A stretch of 63,604 nucleotides of DNA, the filler included, from Octopus bimaculoides (taxonomy: Eukaryota), in NCBI RefSeq assembly GCF_001194135.2. It is 5 parts of 5 records of this genome, joined end to end, with 100 filler letters (N's around TTAATTAATTAA, not from the genome) between each part and the next. Parts side by side here need not be neighbours in the genome. Positions count along the whole stretch, not along the records: positions 41,373 to 54,953 come from NC_068984.1; positions 55,054 to 62,155 come from NC_068981.1; positions 62,256 to 63,604 come from NC_068989.1; 2 more parts are not named here. The stretch is one strand, 5' to 3'. A model generated the notes under the pieces. That model was not told the DNA's origin. It saw only the letters and a program-made list of their open reading frames with translations, and made no database searches. The translations under genes were made by a program, and so were the position numbers. Positions within the stretch are counted from its first letter, which is position 1. Every line of letters starts with the position of its first letter. Below are positions 50,321-63,008 of this stretch, piece after piece.

Positions 50321-51241
50321 TCATCATCATCATCATTATCATCATTATTGTTGTTGTTGTTGTTATTATTACTTTTATTATTATTATCGTTGTTGTTGTT
50401 GTTTTACTTCTCAAAGCTCTCGGTCTTACTTGCTCTGGTTGATTCTGTGAGAGCGGACAGCAACCTGTTGTTAGAGGGTCCCACAGGGTCTCTTTCCCCA
50501 ACCTATAAGGTTTGGTACTTTGATGCTAACTATTGTGGAAGACACTCAACACCCAAGCACCTATCTATCTATTAATAATAATGATAATAATAATTATTAT
50601 TATTATTATCATTATTATTAACATGATTGTCTACGGCGATGCCTTCACACCAGATAGAAGTATTGAGTGACGGCATAATGTCCGAAGTTTCTCCATATCA
50701 GTACAACATCTATTGCATATCTAGAAACAGACTATATCGATTAATCGATTGATTGTTTTCCTATAACTTTTACAAGAATGGTTAGAACAAAAAGTTTTGG
50801 GTATGTCTTGAGAAACAATACTGCTATTATAATTTTTCTTCTGTAGTAGCCCATGCGATGACTTCAGTTTAGTATACAAGTTTACGAAACATACGTCAGT
50901 GGTAAGAAACCATCGTGACTTACTGGCCATGTTTGGATAGTCTTAAACATAGTTAAGAGCTTTTGCTAAACACACAGACTATTACTGACGACAAGATAGA
51001 AACGATTGATCCCTTGGAAGTCCCACAAGTATCGTAATGCTTCAGGCTGCGAACGGATATATATAATACAAAGCCAAAGCAAAATCGATACCTGTTATAG
51101 AATTGTTCAAATTGTGCTGTATTTAGTGTTATACCCTGTGTTATACTTGCAGTGTTATATCTACATTGCTATACTGACAATGTTATACATACAATATTAT
51201 ACTATGACATACTTACTTATTCTGGTAGCACCCATAGCATT

Positions 51242-51624
51242 GTGGAGGCGCAATGGCCCAGTGGTTAGGGCAGCGGACTCACGGTCATAGGATCGCGGTT
51301 TCGATTCCCAGACCGGGCGTTGTGAGTGTTTATTGAGCGAAAACAACTAAAGCTCCACGTGGCTCTGGCAGGGGATGGTGGCGAACCTTGCTGTACACTT
51401 TCACTACAACTTTCTCTCACTCTTACTTTCTGTTTCCGTTGTACCTGTAATTCAAAGGGTCAGCCTTGTCACACTGTCACGCTGAATCTCCCCGAGAACT
51501 ACGTTAAGGGTACACGTGTCTGTGGAGTGCTCAGCCACTTGCACGTAAATTTCACGAGCAGGCTGTTCCGTTGATCGGATCAACTGGTACCCTCGACGTC
51601 GTAAGCGACGGAGTACCAACAACA
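51242..51624 (+). mobile_element. Full-length SINE family E
   Basis: A/B boxes; TSD ACCCAT(A/G)GCATT at 51230-51241 and 51625-51636. Confidence 0.9.
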
Positions 51625-51681
51625 ACCCATGGCATTATTCTGGCAGTGTTATGCTTGAATGTTTAATACCTACAGCTGAAA

Positions 51682-51870
51682 GACGGCGTGCTGGGAGAAC
51701 CGTTAGCACGCCGGGCAAAATACGTAGCGACATTTTGTTTGTCTTTACGTTCTGAGTTCAAATTCCGCCGAGGTTGACTCTGCCTTTCGGGTTCAATAAA
51801 ATAAGTACCAGTTTGATGTAATCCACTTACTCCAACTCCTAAACATTGCTTCCCCTGTGCCAAAACTTGA
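51682..51870 (+). mobile_element. SINE family C, tail variant 2
   Basis: GACGGCGTGCTGGGAGAACCGTTAGCACGCCGGGC...GAGTTCAAATTCCGCCGAGG...TGTGCCAAAAC. Confidence 0.8.
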
Positions 51871-52765
51871 AATAGGCCTTAGTGTTATTTCGAGGATGTT
51901 ATATTATATTTAGACTATTATACTAGCAAAGGTTTTATACTCACGGTGTTATTCAGGTAATGTTATATGACCGTTTTGTATCGGCCGTGTTATACTGAGA
52001 ATTACTTGACATTTAACATGACACTTCATCAAGACACTTGAGCTTTATATATTTCAATGTTTGATAAACGACGTCAAACATTCAATAATTGCATATTTCT
52101 TGCCAGAAGCAGAGCTATTGCCTGTGATATAATGCCTGTGCTTGTCACAAATTGGAAATCACTCCGCTAATACTCTTCCCCCAAAATATGAAGTAACTAT
52201 AAAGTATACGCTACATCAAAGAGTGCAGTGGATTAGAACAATCTGTGTAATATTTGTACGGCAAAGACCGGCGAAATTTTCAGTTATGGTTTAAATGGTT
52301 TATTTATATGATGTAATATATCGCCAATGGCGGGATAAAACTCTGCGAGGTTCAGCATCGACGATGATGTTCCAAAGACAAATGAAATAGGGATATTAAT
52401 GTTTATATAATGTGGCCAAGAGAGGTCAGACTGAGAAGTGACTGAACTCAATGCTTTTGTTGGACTCTGTGAACCTTACAAAGTCAGAGGTTTTGCAGGG
52501 GGAAGGCGGGAAAGAGTAAATGAGGAATAATTATGTATTACTTTCCTTAGGGCATTAGTAGAATAGGTGAGATAAAAATGCTCCGGCCAGGATTCGAAAC
52601 AGGAACAATGAAAACGGCTTACCAGAAGTATGCATACTCATCTATATTCCACTGTAATATTCCACTGTGTTCTCACTTAGAAGTACAACTACTTATCTGA
52701 AAAAGCAGCATTGTTGAGGCCATTATAAAGGAAACTGAAACTACCATATTAATAATGATATACTT

Positions 52766-52800
<35 letters not shown>

Positions 52801-52801
52801 G

Positions 52802-52835
<34 letters not shown>

Positions 52836-53395
52836 GCACATCTTGATGGACAAGGTATTAAAAACCGCTTAGACGATGTATTTATATCGTACAACAGAAC
52901 GGTTGATTATTGTTTTTGACACATTCAATTATAGTTGCCGCAAGATATTTACTTATACTTATCGAATCCCATATTCTATTTGATTGTCGGGACAGAACAT
53001 GTATATATGTGTGTATTCCTATGCATGTTGATAGATATATGTATGTGTGTGTATATTTGTATGTATATATGTGTATGTACAGGTATATACGTATGTATGT
53101 ATTTGAGTGTGTAAAAATAGGGAACCATTTTTTTCTTTCAGACGTTATATTAAAGACACGACTATATAATAGCTATTTTTTAAAAATACTCAGTCTGTCG
53201 TGACGATGAGATGTAGAAGACCTAGAAACATAAATGGATTAATAGATAGATATTGAAAGAATAATGTTCCAAGCTAAATATAAAAGGCTAATAGGAGAAT
53301 ATGAAAAATCCGTTATAAAGAAGCTTAAACTCAAACAGATGTGATTTTACAATAACACACGTGTGTGTAGACACTCACACATGTATGAATATTTG

Positions 53396-53444
<49 letters not shown>

Positions 53445-53729
53445 CGTGTTCGTGTGCGTGTGTTGTGAGATATTTTATATAGAAATACGAGTAGATGTAT
53501 TATTTTTTTAAAAGGTAGGCGTCAGGTGTTTGCAGCCAGCGGCACTCTCTCAGAGAAGACATTAATTCCAAGCAGAGTCCCCAAGGCGGGCGATTAGATG
53601 GAACAGTCTAGATGAAGCAGTCCGTAAGACTGAGAATTGCTCTTGTTGTTTAGTATCAGGTCAGCTCTGACTGAGCAGACATATTATCACATATGTTCCG
53701 GTCGTAATCATTTATAGGTGGATGGGCGG

Positions 53730-54420
53730 GTGGCAACTAATGCTTGAGGCAGCTCCCTTGCACACGCCATTATTCGTCATCCAGAAAAACGCTCTCACAG
53801 CTGCACTAAAGATAAAAAGGTATCACAAGCAGGTCCTGATGATATCACAATCCTGCAGCGACACCTAAATGCAATGCACAAGTGGGCTGCAGAAACCAGC
53901 CAGGAGTTAGATGCTGGAAAACTTAAGCGTTACACTCGTAGTTCATTAACACATGACAATCGGAAAACACAAGATCTGGAGTGTTTGGGGCCGCAGAGTC
54001 ATATTCAGTGGGTCACCCAGCAATCAATTAGTAATGGTACATCGTCCCACGGGCGTATAACTAAGACCTTGCAAATGGATGGTCAGCTGGATTTTGAGAT
54101 CATACTAAGCAAAAGAATACAGGAAGACATTGGTCTTGGTTAGAGAGAACATTTTGTTCTGATCCATCAGGACTAATGCTTTCCATTATCGTCGTCACAC
54201 AGTCTCAAAGTAATAGTAGGACATGAGGCACTCCTCCGCAGTTACACCAAGAAGATTGCCTCAAAGTAATGGACGACCTGTTGAGAGAGGCTAAGTGAAA
54301 ATGTCATGCTCATGACGCTCCAGACAATAAGCCTGTCCTCTTCTCTAATGGCATGTCAGTTTTGGAGAATGCTTTGGAACTGATCTAAGTTGTCAATTGG
54401 GTATTATAGATTTCAAATTA
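53730..54420 (+). mobile_element. Heavily decayed CR1/L2-like reverse-transcriptase remnant
   Basis: PLFVIQKNAL...DITILQRHLNAMHKWA...QDLECLG echoes PLLF.IYINDL / LQ.DL..L..W / KDLGV motifs. Confidence 0.4.
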
Positions 54421-54904
54421 TGGCGCGTGGCTAAAAATTTCTTTCAGATCCAACCTTCCCAATCTGGAGTTCGAACCTGTTACCGCTTAGAGTTCAAAAG
54501 CCCACTACACTTTATTGTGTTAGCAAACCCACATAAGAGAATTATATGCAAGAAAAAACTGAGCGTTTTCTTTCCCAGTAATATCCCAGAGGAATCTCTG
54601 CCACGGTAAGAATCGCACAAGGTTAAAGGCGATCCAAATCGTTTTCATTCAAACCAGAAACCAAATACAGACAGAAAGGAAATTATAGCAACGTAGCAGT
54701 CCAGCAAATGAAACCGATAGAATATGTACTAGTCTTACAGAGAATAAGTCCTGGGGTCGATTTGCTTGACTAAAGGCGATACCCCAGCATGGCCGCTGTC
54801 AAATGACTGAAACAAGTAAAAGAATATATATATACAAATATATTTGAATATATGTCTATATACCTGTGTGTATGTATGTATGTGTGTGTATGTTTGTATG
54901 TATG

Positions 54905-54935
<31 letters not shown>

Positions 54936-55829
54936 ATATATATATATATATATNNNNNNNNNNNNNNNNNNNNNNNNNNNNNNNNNNNNNNNNNNNNTTA
55001 ATTAATTAANNNNNNNNNNNNNNNNNNNNNNNNNNNNNNNNNNNNNNNNNNNNATATATATATATATATATATATAGGTATATATATATGAGCCTGTGTG
55101 TTTGTATACGTGTCGTGTGCGTGTGTGTGTTCGTATGTATTTGTGTATGAGAGTGTGTACGTAGTCAGGAGACAGAAAGACCCTGTTTATTGGAGCACCA
55201 CGATTATGCGCTGAGATTATTCAGAGTTACGCGTAAGTCGCTGATCCCGTAACTTGATTCATCATGTATGACCCATGGAATTTATAACATGGAAATATTT
55301 ACGTGTGGTCAATCATTAGATAGAAAATGAGTTTATTGGATAATCTTAGGATAATTATAAAATAATTGCGTTTATATAAGGATGAAATAGAACTATACAC
55401 AATATATATATATATACGCATACACATATACACAAATGCATACATGTATTTAGAATAAAGGGGAAACACATACATATTCATGTACGCCCACAACAAACGC
55501 ATTTCCACAGACGGTTTTTATTTATTTTACGCTCAAAACAATTAGATGTTAGTGTCTATTAAGTTTATCTATACACANNNNNNNNNNAATTGAGGCCAAT
55601 GAAAGAAATTTGGGTAATCTAAGAATTAAGGAAGCTACACTCATACACAGACTAGAGCCCCACATTAACAACAGGCTGGAGGCTGGTAATCAATATATTA
55701 TTTAGCTACATCTGGATGCGTGTAGGTTCATTTTTGATAACATGCTCATGTATTGTTTATAACAAAAAAAAAAAAAAGAGAGAAAAAAGCAAGTTGCACG
55801 TATATTGAGACATGGCCAACCTCACGCAC

Positions 55830-55960
55830 TTCTCATGAGGAATTCTGGAAGGAGCTTCGGGAGACTACTGCTGAGATGCTTCCGGAAAAAAAAACACAGA
55901 AAAACTGTTGGAAAACCGATTATAGCAGCAACTCCATCAATTCCTAGGAATATCTGAAGA
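55830..55960 (+). mobile_element. Possible RTE EN-RT linker remnant
   Basis: EEFWKELRETTAEMLPEKKTQKNCWKTD resembles the W...K.....A.E.LP.K.....W motif. Confidence 0.35.
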
Positions 55961-56193
55961 AAGAATTCTTATATTCCGAAATATGATATCAGTCTATGGA
56001 TGATTAAATTACAACAGTTATTACATCAGTCCATTGTTTGTATTATAGTGCACTGTTGTGTCATTCAAAACATTTTATTCTTTACAAACAGTACACAATG
56101 CTTCAAGCGTACTACAATACTCTCCTATATATATATGTATGTATATATGCATGTATATATATATGTATGTATGTATGTATGCATGTATGTATG

Positions 56194-56224
<31 letters not shown>

Positions 56225-56319
56225 ATATATATATATATATATATATTTCGTTTTTGTATTTGGTTTGCAAGATTCTTTATGTAAATTCGTGTGTTGAAGC
56301 ATATTTTATTGTGTGTGGG

Positions 56320-56621
56320 GAGAGTCATTCTCTTTTAGTGCCTTATTATTTAACACACTCACCGGTTCGATTTCCATTCATTTAGTTATTTATTTTCGTT
56401 GCTTCTTGCGACCTGTTCAATAGTCGTTGACTCTGTCCGTTATCACCAGCTCTGATAGCAGATAGAGTTCATGACTGTTGAACAGGTTGCAAAACGTAAT
56501 GAAAATTTTAGAAAAAATAAATAACTAGAAAAAAAAACATAAAATAAATAACTAAATGAGAGGAAATCGAACCAGTGAGTGTTATGTGTTAAATAATAAG
56601 GCACTAAAGAGAATGACTCTC
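56320..56621. repeat. ~300-bp fold-back palindrome of an interspersed repeat
   Basis: Arm pairs GAGAGTCATTCTCTTT.AGTGCCTTATTATTTAACACA / TGTGTTAAATAATAAGGCACTAAAGAGAATGACTCTC, GCGACCTGTTCAATAGTC / GACTGTTGAACAGGTTGC; loop 56446-56452. Related sequence at ~17052-17150 and 56682-56740. Confidence 0.9.
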
Positions 56622-57044
56622 CTCAGATACAATAACATATATATATATGTGTGTGTGTGTGTGTATACGTTTATGAATTTATTTTCCAAGATTCTTGATG
56701 TGAAATCGTGTGTTGAAACAGATATTGTTATATTTAGGGACGGCCATTTTTGTTTCTTTGCAAATGAACACACGCACTATATATTCGTTCGTCACCCGTT
56801 TATCATTGTTCTTATTTTATCTTACGTCCATTGTCAGGTAATGTGTTTCGTCACACATCAGAAACTCGGGTCCGTGTGTATCACGTCAGGCTGGAGATGG
56901 GAATTATGACGTCCCTTTGCAAATTCTGATAGGGTACAGATAGTGTGTCAATAGCCAGCTGGAGGAGATGGCTTCCTGGGGCTACAAGCTACAGTCGCAT
57001 CGACCCTTAAGAGTTAGCCATATTTAGGTCGCAAATATACTTCA

Positions 57045-57075
<31 letters not shown>

Positions 57076-57918
57076 NNNNNNNNNNNNNNNNNNNNNNNNN
57101 NNNNNNNNNNNNNNNNNNNNNNNNNNNNNNNNNNNNNNNNNNNNNNNNNNNNNNNNNNNNNNNNNNNNNNNNNNNNNNNNNNNNNNNNNNNNNNNNNNNN
57201 NNNNNNNNNNNNNNNNNNNNNNNNNNNNNNNNNNNNNNNNNNNNNNNNNNNNNNNNNNNNNNNNNNNNNNNNNNNNNNNNNNNNNNNNNNNNNNNNNNNN
57301 NNNNNNNNNNNNNNNNNNNNNNNNNNNNNNNNNNNNNNNNNNNNNNNNNNNNNNNNNNNNNNNNNNNNNNNNNNNNNNNNNNNNNNNNNNNNNNNNNNNN
57401 NNNNNNNNNNNNNNNNNNNNNNNNNNNNNNNNNNNNNNNNNNNNNNNNNNNNNNNNNNNNNNNNNNNNNNNNNNNNNNNNNNNNNNNNNNNNNNNNNNNN
57501 NNNNNNNNNNNNNNNNNNNNNNNNNNNNNNNNNNNNNNNNNNNNNNNNNNNNNNNNNNNNNNNNNNNNNNNNNNNNNNNNNNNNNNNNNNNNNNNNNNNN
57601 NNNNNNNNNNNNNNNNNNNNNNNNNNNNNNNNNNNNNNNNNNNNNNNNNNNNNNNNNNNNNNNNNNNNNNNNNNNNNNNNNNNNNNNNNNNNNNNNNNNN
57701 NNNNNNNNNNNNNNNNNNNNNNNNNNNNNNNNNNNNNNNNNNNNNNNNNNNNNNNNNNNNNNNNNNNNNNNNNNNNNNNNNNNNNNNNNNNNNNNNNNNN
57801 NNNNNNNNNNNNNNNNNNNNNNNNNNNNNNNNNNNNNNNNNNNNNNNNNNNNNNNNNNNNNNNNNNNNNNNNNNNNNNNNNNNNNNNNNNNNNNNNNNNN
57901 NNNNNNNNNNNNNNNNNN

Positions 57919-57956
<38 letters not shown>

Positions 57957-58075
57957 ATATGTGCATATATATCCATTTATTTGCATATATGCACACATAT
58001 ACGCATATATCTATCAAAACTCTTGTTCTCTCTCTCTCTCTCTGTCTCTTTCACACACCCTCTCCTTCTCTGTCA

Positions 58076-58106
<31 letters not shown>

Positions 58107-58523
58107 TATATATATATAAGTATATATATATATATATATATGCATATGTATTTAATGTGTTTACACATATATACGCGTATAGCTATATGCATAATACATA
58201 CATATATACATGCAAACATTGATATACATACACACACATCATACAACGTAATCTTCTTTTAAGACAGGTTAACTTCTTAGATTCTTAGATCTCAGACACA
58301 AAGGCAAACGTTTGATATTAACGGTTCGCTTATGATAATGTTGATTCTAGGGAAGAAGAAAAGAAGGTAACAAACATGGCGGTCAAAGCAAAAGAATGTA
58401 AACAGAGATGAAGCAGTAGGAGGTGGAGGATAATGGGAAGGAGGAGGAGGAGGTGAAAAGAAAGAAAACAAACAGAATGATGGCCATCGAATTAGTTTTG
58501 GAAAAATTCTGTTTAAAGTTTAC

Positions 58524-58738
58524 CACATGTGCGTATTGGAAACTGTTCGTACGTTTTAAGGACATGCGCAGTGAGGGCCATGTGACGATCGTGCTCTGGT
58601 TGTGTCCGGTTCCTGTTCCCGTTGTGATTCNNNNNNNNNNNNNNNNNNNNNNNNNNNNNNNNNNNNNNNNNNNNNNNNNNNNNNNNNNNNNNNNNNNNNN
58701 NNNNNNNNNNNNNNNNNNNNNNNNNNNNNNNNNNNNAC
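58524..58738 (-). CDS. Candidate exon spanning a gap (unverified)
   Basis: Acceptor CGTCTCGTTTGTACGTCTCTACTTTCAG| at 58739, donor GTG|GTAAAC. Two frames are open after the gap: ITTGTGTGHNQSTIVTWPSLRMSLKRTNSFQYAHV or NHNGNRNRTQPEHDRHMALTAHVLKTYEQFPIRTC. CpG-rich. Confidence 0.28.
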
Positions 58739-59547
58739 CTGAAAGTAGAGACGTACAAACGAGACGATAAGGGCCACGCTCTTTTGTGCCTCGTCATATT
58801 CGCTCGACATGCTAGAAATAAGAGAAAAATCTTCCTCAAATCACACCTCACTCTTTTAAAGAACAAACGATACATGAGAAGGTGGTGGTAGTGGTGGTGG
58901 GTTTGTCGTGTAGACACTGCCCGAAAGAAATTTACAGCATTGTCACGGTTAGAATGGTTGGAACTAGAATTTAAGTTTATTCAGTCCGGAATGACCTGGA
59001 ACTAAGCAACAACAAAAACAAAAAGGGAACCCCGTACGTGGTGTGGTTGCTTGAACTACTAGAAATAGCAACCAAATTTCTCTCAAACATACACACGGAA
59101 TGAAGACCGTTTGATTTCGAAGCGGACTTCTTATTAATTTTACCATGCTACCACAACTTAACCAACTTTGTTGTTTCCAAAACTCTTTGATATGTAATAG
59201 CGTCACCGAAGACTTCGTATTTAGTGTATCTAGAACCAATCATGTTGGTGGAGGGCCTGTGTTTCATCAAGCTATATTTTATTACATGAGAAATAGAACT
59301 CACTGCTAGACTGTAACGAAACCTTCGTCAACTCCTTTCCCGCGCTGCCGAGCTGGTACAATTTGAAGCTACATGTAATCCGTGGCACATATATTACAAA
59401 CGAGCCATTTGAGACGTAGGTACTTCGACACAACACTGGACCAGTGACAAAATACGAACCATCAACTGGTCATCCCTTTGTTTCTCTGTTCTCTTTTGCC
59501 GTTTCTCTTCCCCACTCTCACACCGCCTCTCGCTCCCTCTTTGTCAG

Positions 59548-59568
59548 ATTGATCTTCTGCCTGGTCAG
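59548..59568 (+). CDS. Candidate 21-nt microexon (unverified)
   Basis: ~70-nt pyrimidine tract, TTGTCAG|ATTGATCTTCTGCCTGGTCAG|GTAAAA, reading IDLLPGQ in phase 0. May instead lie in a repeat. Confidence 0.18.
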
Positions 59569-61017
59569 GTAAAATTTCTGATTAGACTGAGACAAGATCT
59601 GTGGAATAAGGTTACTGCTGTCACGAAGAGGAAGGAACGATGGAAGTGCAGCTCCAGTCGCCGGTTAAAGCGATTTCACATCATTTACATTGCTAATACG
59701 TTCGGGAAAGGCATGTGCAGCCTTACTTCCCAATTTTCTCTTCCTGCTAACACTGGGTCTTTGTCATTAGTCGAGAAGACATCAATAAGTTTTATTTATT
59801 CGACGAAAAGATAATGGTTGTAGAAATTAGATTGCTATTTTCAGTGGATTCATAGATATGAGGTCAGCTGACTCCTTAGGTTACATATTTAATGGCGATA
59901 ATAATATACGAGTTTGAGTAGAACGCCAGTTACTGCAGTTATAAAATATTTTGAACGCATTATAAAAATCGGTGTTTTCAAATATATATGGGTGTTTTGT
60001 CATCTTGCACACATACTTCTGTTCCTTCTCTATTCTACTTTCCTATTTTCTCTTATCTTTTTAACACGAACTCCATATATAAAAGTAAACCAAACAAGAG
60101 GTTGAATAGAAACGAAAATTAATAGGAAAAAGATTGGGTCATTCTTCCTAATTATAACAAGTTGGTCCGATTAAGCAACCTGTACATATTCTCTGAATCT
60201 CTGCATATACCATATGACCATATTTCTTGTTGATGGAGCTGAATAAGGCATGTGCTGATGGCAATAAAGGTGTCGTCTGCTTTGATGAATTGCTGGAAAC
60301 TGAAGGAAATAACTGGGGAAAGATGGACGATGCAGCGAGAACAAAGAAAGCGAAAGAGAGAAAGGGAGAGAGAATGAGAGAAAGAAAGTGAGTGAGAGTG
60401 AGAGTAAAGGGAGAGAGAGAAGGAGGAGGAAACAAAGATAGAGAAGAAACAGTGATAGTAAGAGAGAAAAAGAAGAGGAAAGAAGCGAAAGGATTTATTA
60501 TAAATATGCTGAACAAACAAATATTGAATATATTCAGAATGCTAAACTGAATCATGGCGTGTCTTTTAGCAATATTTCATTGAAATTTAACCTATCCTTT
60601 TACCAACTGACTTAAAGTTTGGTTAAATTTAATCAGAAAATTGTTATATTATGACTTTATTGACACGGAAATAAATAACTGTATCATCTCCCATCTCTTC
60701 TGCCATTTCATTATCAGAACCCAACCCACAGCTCACAGCACTCTTTCTGCTTGTCTATTCTTTAATTTTTCCTCACAATTTGTCAAACTCTCGCTCTCTC
60801 TCTCTTTCTCTCTCCTCACATCGTCTAAAAGATCAAGCAAACTTCCAGATATTTTGACCATTCTTTAAATGGTAAAAATAAAAAAAAAAGGGTACAAAGA
60901 GAGAAAATAAATAAATAATATTCACGCTGAAAAAAAAAAAGGTCTTAAATAAAGAAACAAACGCACAAAGGAATCTGTTGTTTCGATGTTGGTCATGGGA
61001 AAAAATATGAAATCTAT

Positions 61018-61018
61018 A

Positions 61019-61076
<58 letters not shown>

Positions 61077-61090
61077 GTGCTACTGCTGTT
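61018..61090. repeat. (ACT)n microsatellite
   Basis: Pure ACT run; (AAC)n/(AGC)n run also at ~61735-61838. Confidence 0.95.
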
Positions 61091-61736
61091 GCTGCTCTGC
61101 TTGCCCGAAATGATATATATATTATATATTTAATATTTATATATATATGAATATACATATGAATGTATATATGTATATATACATAAACCACACACACATA
61201 TACATACATAAATACATACATACATACATACGAATATATATGTATATATGTATATATATGTATATATATATATTATCATTAATATCTATGTATGTATATA
61301 CGCAGTCACGCAGAAATATGCATATATACACATACACAATCACACATACACACACNNNNNNNNNNNNNNNNNNNNNNNNNNNNNNNNNNNNNNNNNNNNN
61401 NNNNNNNNNNNNNNNNNNNNNNNNNNNNNNNNNNNNNNNNNNNNNNNNNNNNNNNNNNNNNNNNNNNNNNNNNNNNNNNNNNNNNNNNNNNNNNNNNNNN
61501 NNNNNNNNNNNNNNNNNNNNNNNNNNNNNNNNNNNNNNNNNNNNNNNNNNNNNNNNNNNNNNNNNNNNNNNNNNNNNNNNNNNNNNNNNNNNNNNNNNNN
61601 NNNNNNNNNNNNNNNNNNNNNNNNNNNNNNNNNNNNNNNNNNNNNNNNNNNNNNNNNNNNNNTGGGGTGGGAGGGGGGAATGGTAGGACTGCCTCTAAAC
61701 AATTTACCATCAACAGTGATCTGTGAGACTGACTGC

Positions 61737-61782
<46 letters not shown>

Positions 61783-62009
61783 GCAACAGCAGCAGCAGCA
61801 GTAGTAACAACGACAACAACAACAACACTAACAACGACTAGATGTAAGCTCTGGAACTTTTGGCACGCCATCATCGTCAGCGTTGTGTTGTTGTTCTGGG
61901 TGGCAGTGATGTTGCTGTTGTTGTTTATGTTGTTGATATTATTATTATTATTACAACTCTATTGTTATATTGTTATACCAATGTTTTCAAATATTTATAT
62001 ACATGCGTA

Positions 62010-62049
<40 letters not shown>

Positions 62050-62106
62050 AGCAAATACATACATACATACATGCACAAAAACACACACATGTATCTAACT
62101 ATTTAC

Positions 62107-62155
<49 letters not shown>

Positions 62156-62255
62156 NNNNNNNNNNNNNNNNNNNNNNNNNNNNNNNNNNNNNNNNNNNNT
62201 TAATTAATTAANNNNNNNNNNNNNNNNNNNNNNNNNNNNNNNNNNNNNNNNNNNN

Positions 62256-62291
<36 letters not shown>

Positions 62292-63008
62292 TATAATTGA
62301 ATATTCTTACGTATGTATATACATATATACATATGTGTGTGTTCTAATCTAAGTGTCTGACTATTAAGTCTATCTCTATGGTTATTTCTTGTATTTTCCA
62401 TTTTAAATACGGAATTGTTGTGTCCTACGAAATATTTCATTTCCCACGCACATTTCTCATGTACCTTACCGTCGTAAAAATTTCTAAGTATATAACCATT
62501 TAAATATCTCAATTCCATCAGCATAATGTGTTTACCGATATCAACAACGATCTTCATTTACATCTGGACATAAGCTACTCCATGAACTTAAGTTTAATTT
62601 AGCAACTATGAATGAGAATTCTGTTTTTGAAAGAGTTACTTCACCGGTCTTAGTTACTTGACATAATCGGGGTTTTGTTAATGTAATCACTCTGGCGAAA
62701 TAACCAATGTTACCATTGAAATTTTCATGATAATAGGCTGAAAATAGTTTATAGAGATGCAAATACTACTCTAAATTTTATTGCTTCCTAAATATTGGTT
62801 TTCCTTGTGGTTGCTAATAATGTGATACATATATTGTAATTGTGCAATTCCAACTAGAATTGTACTTTATTTACTTTATTCAATTTATTCTAGTTGTTCT
62901 TATTCCACTCTTTCATGGACAACGAAAACTTCATAGATGTGGCATAGCGCAATTCATTTTGCCATCGCTGTGAACTGCATACAAAAGCGATTTACCTGCG
63001 CAAGAGCA

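Noticed and set aside
44512-51993. Several minus-strand microexon candidates with GT(A/G)AGT-type donors (~44512, 46904, 48334, 50923, 51943)
   Set aside because: At this base composition tens of such donors are expected by chance per strand, and similar candidates exist on the plus strand; no independent support.
60150-60310. Three open frames on the minus strand after a TC tract
   Set aside because: No convincing donor, the acceptor tract is just a microsatellite, and no peptide was recognisable.
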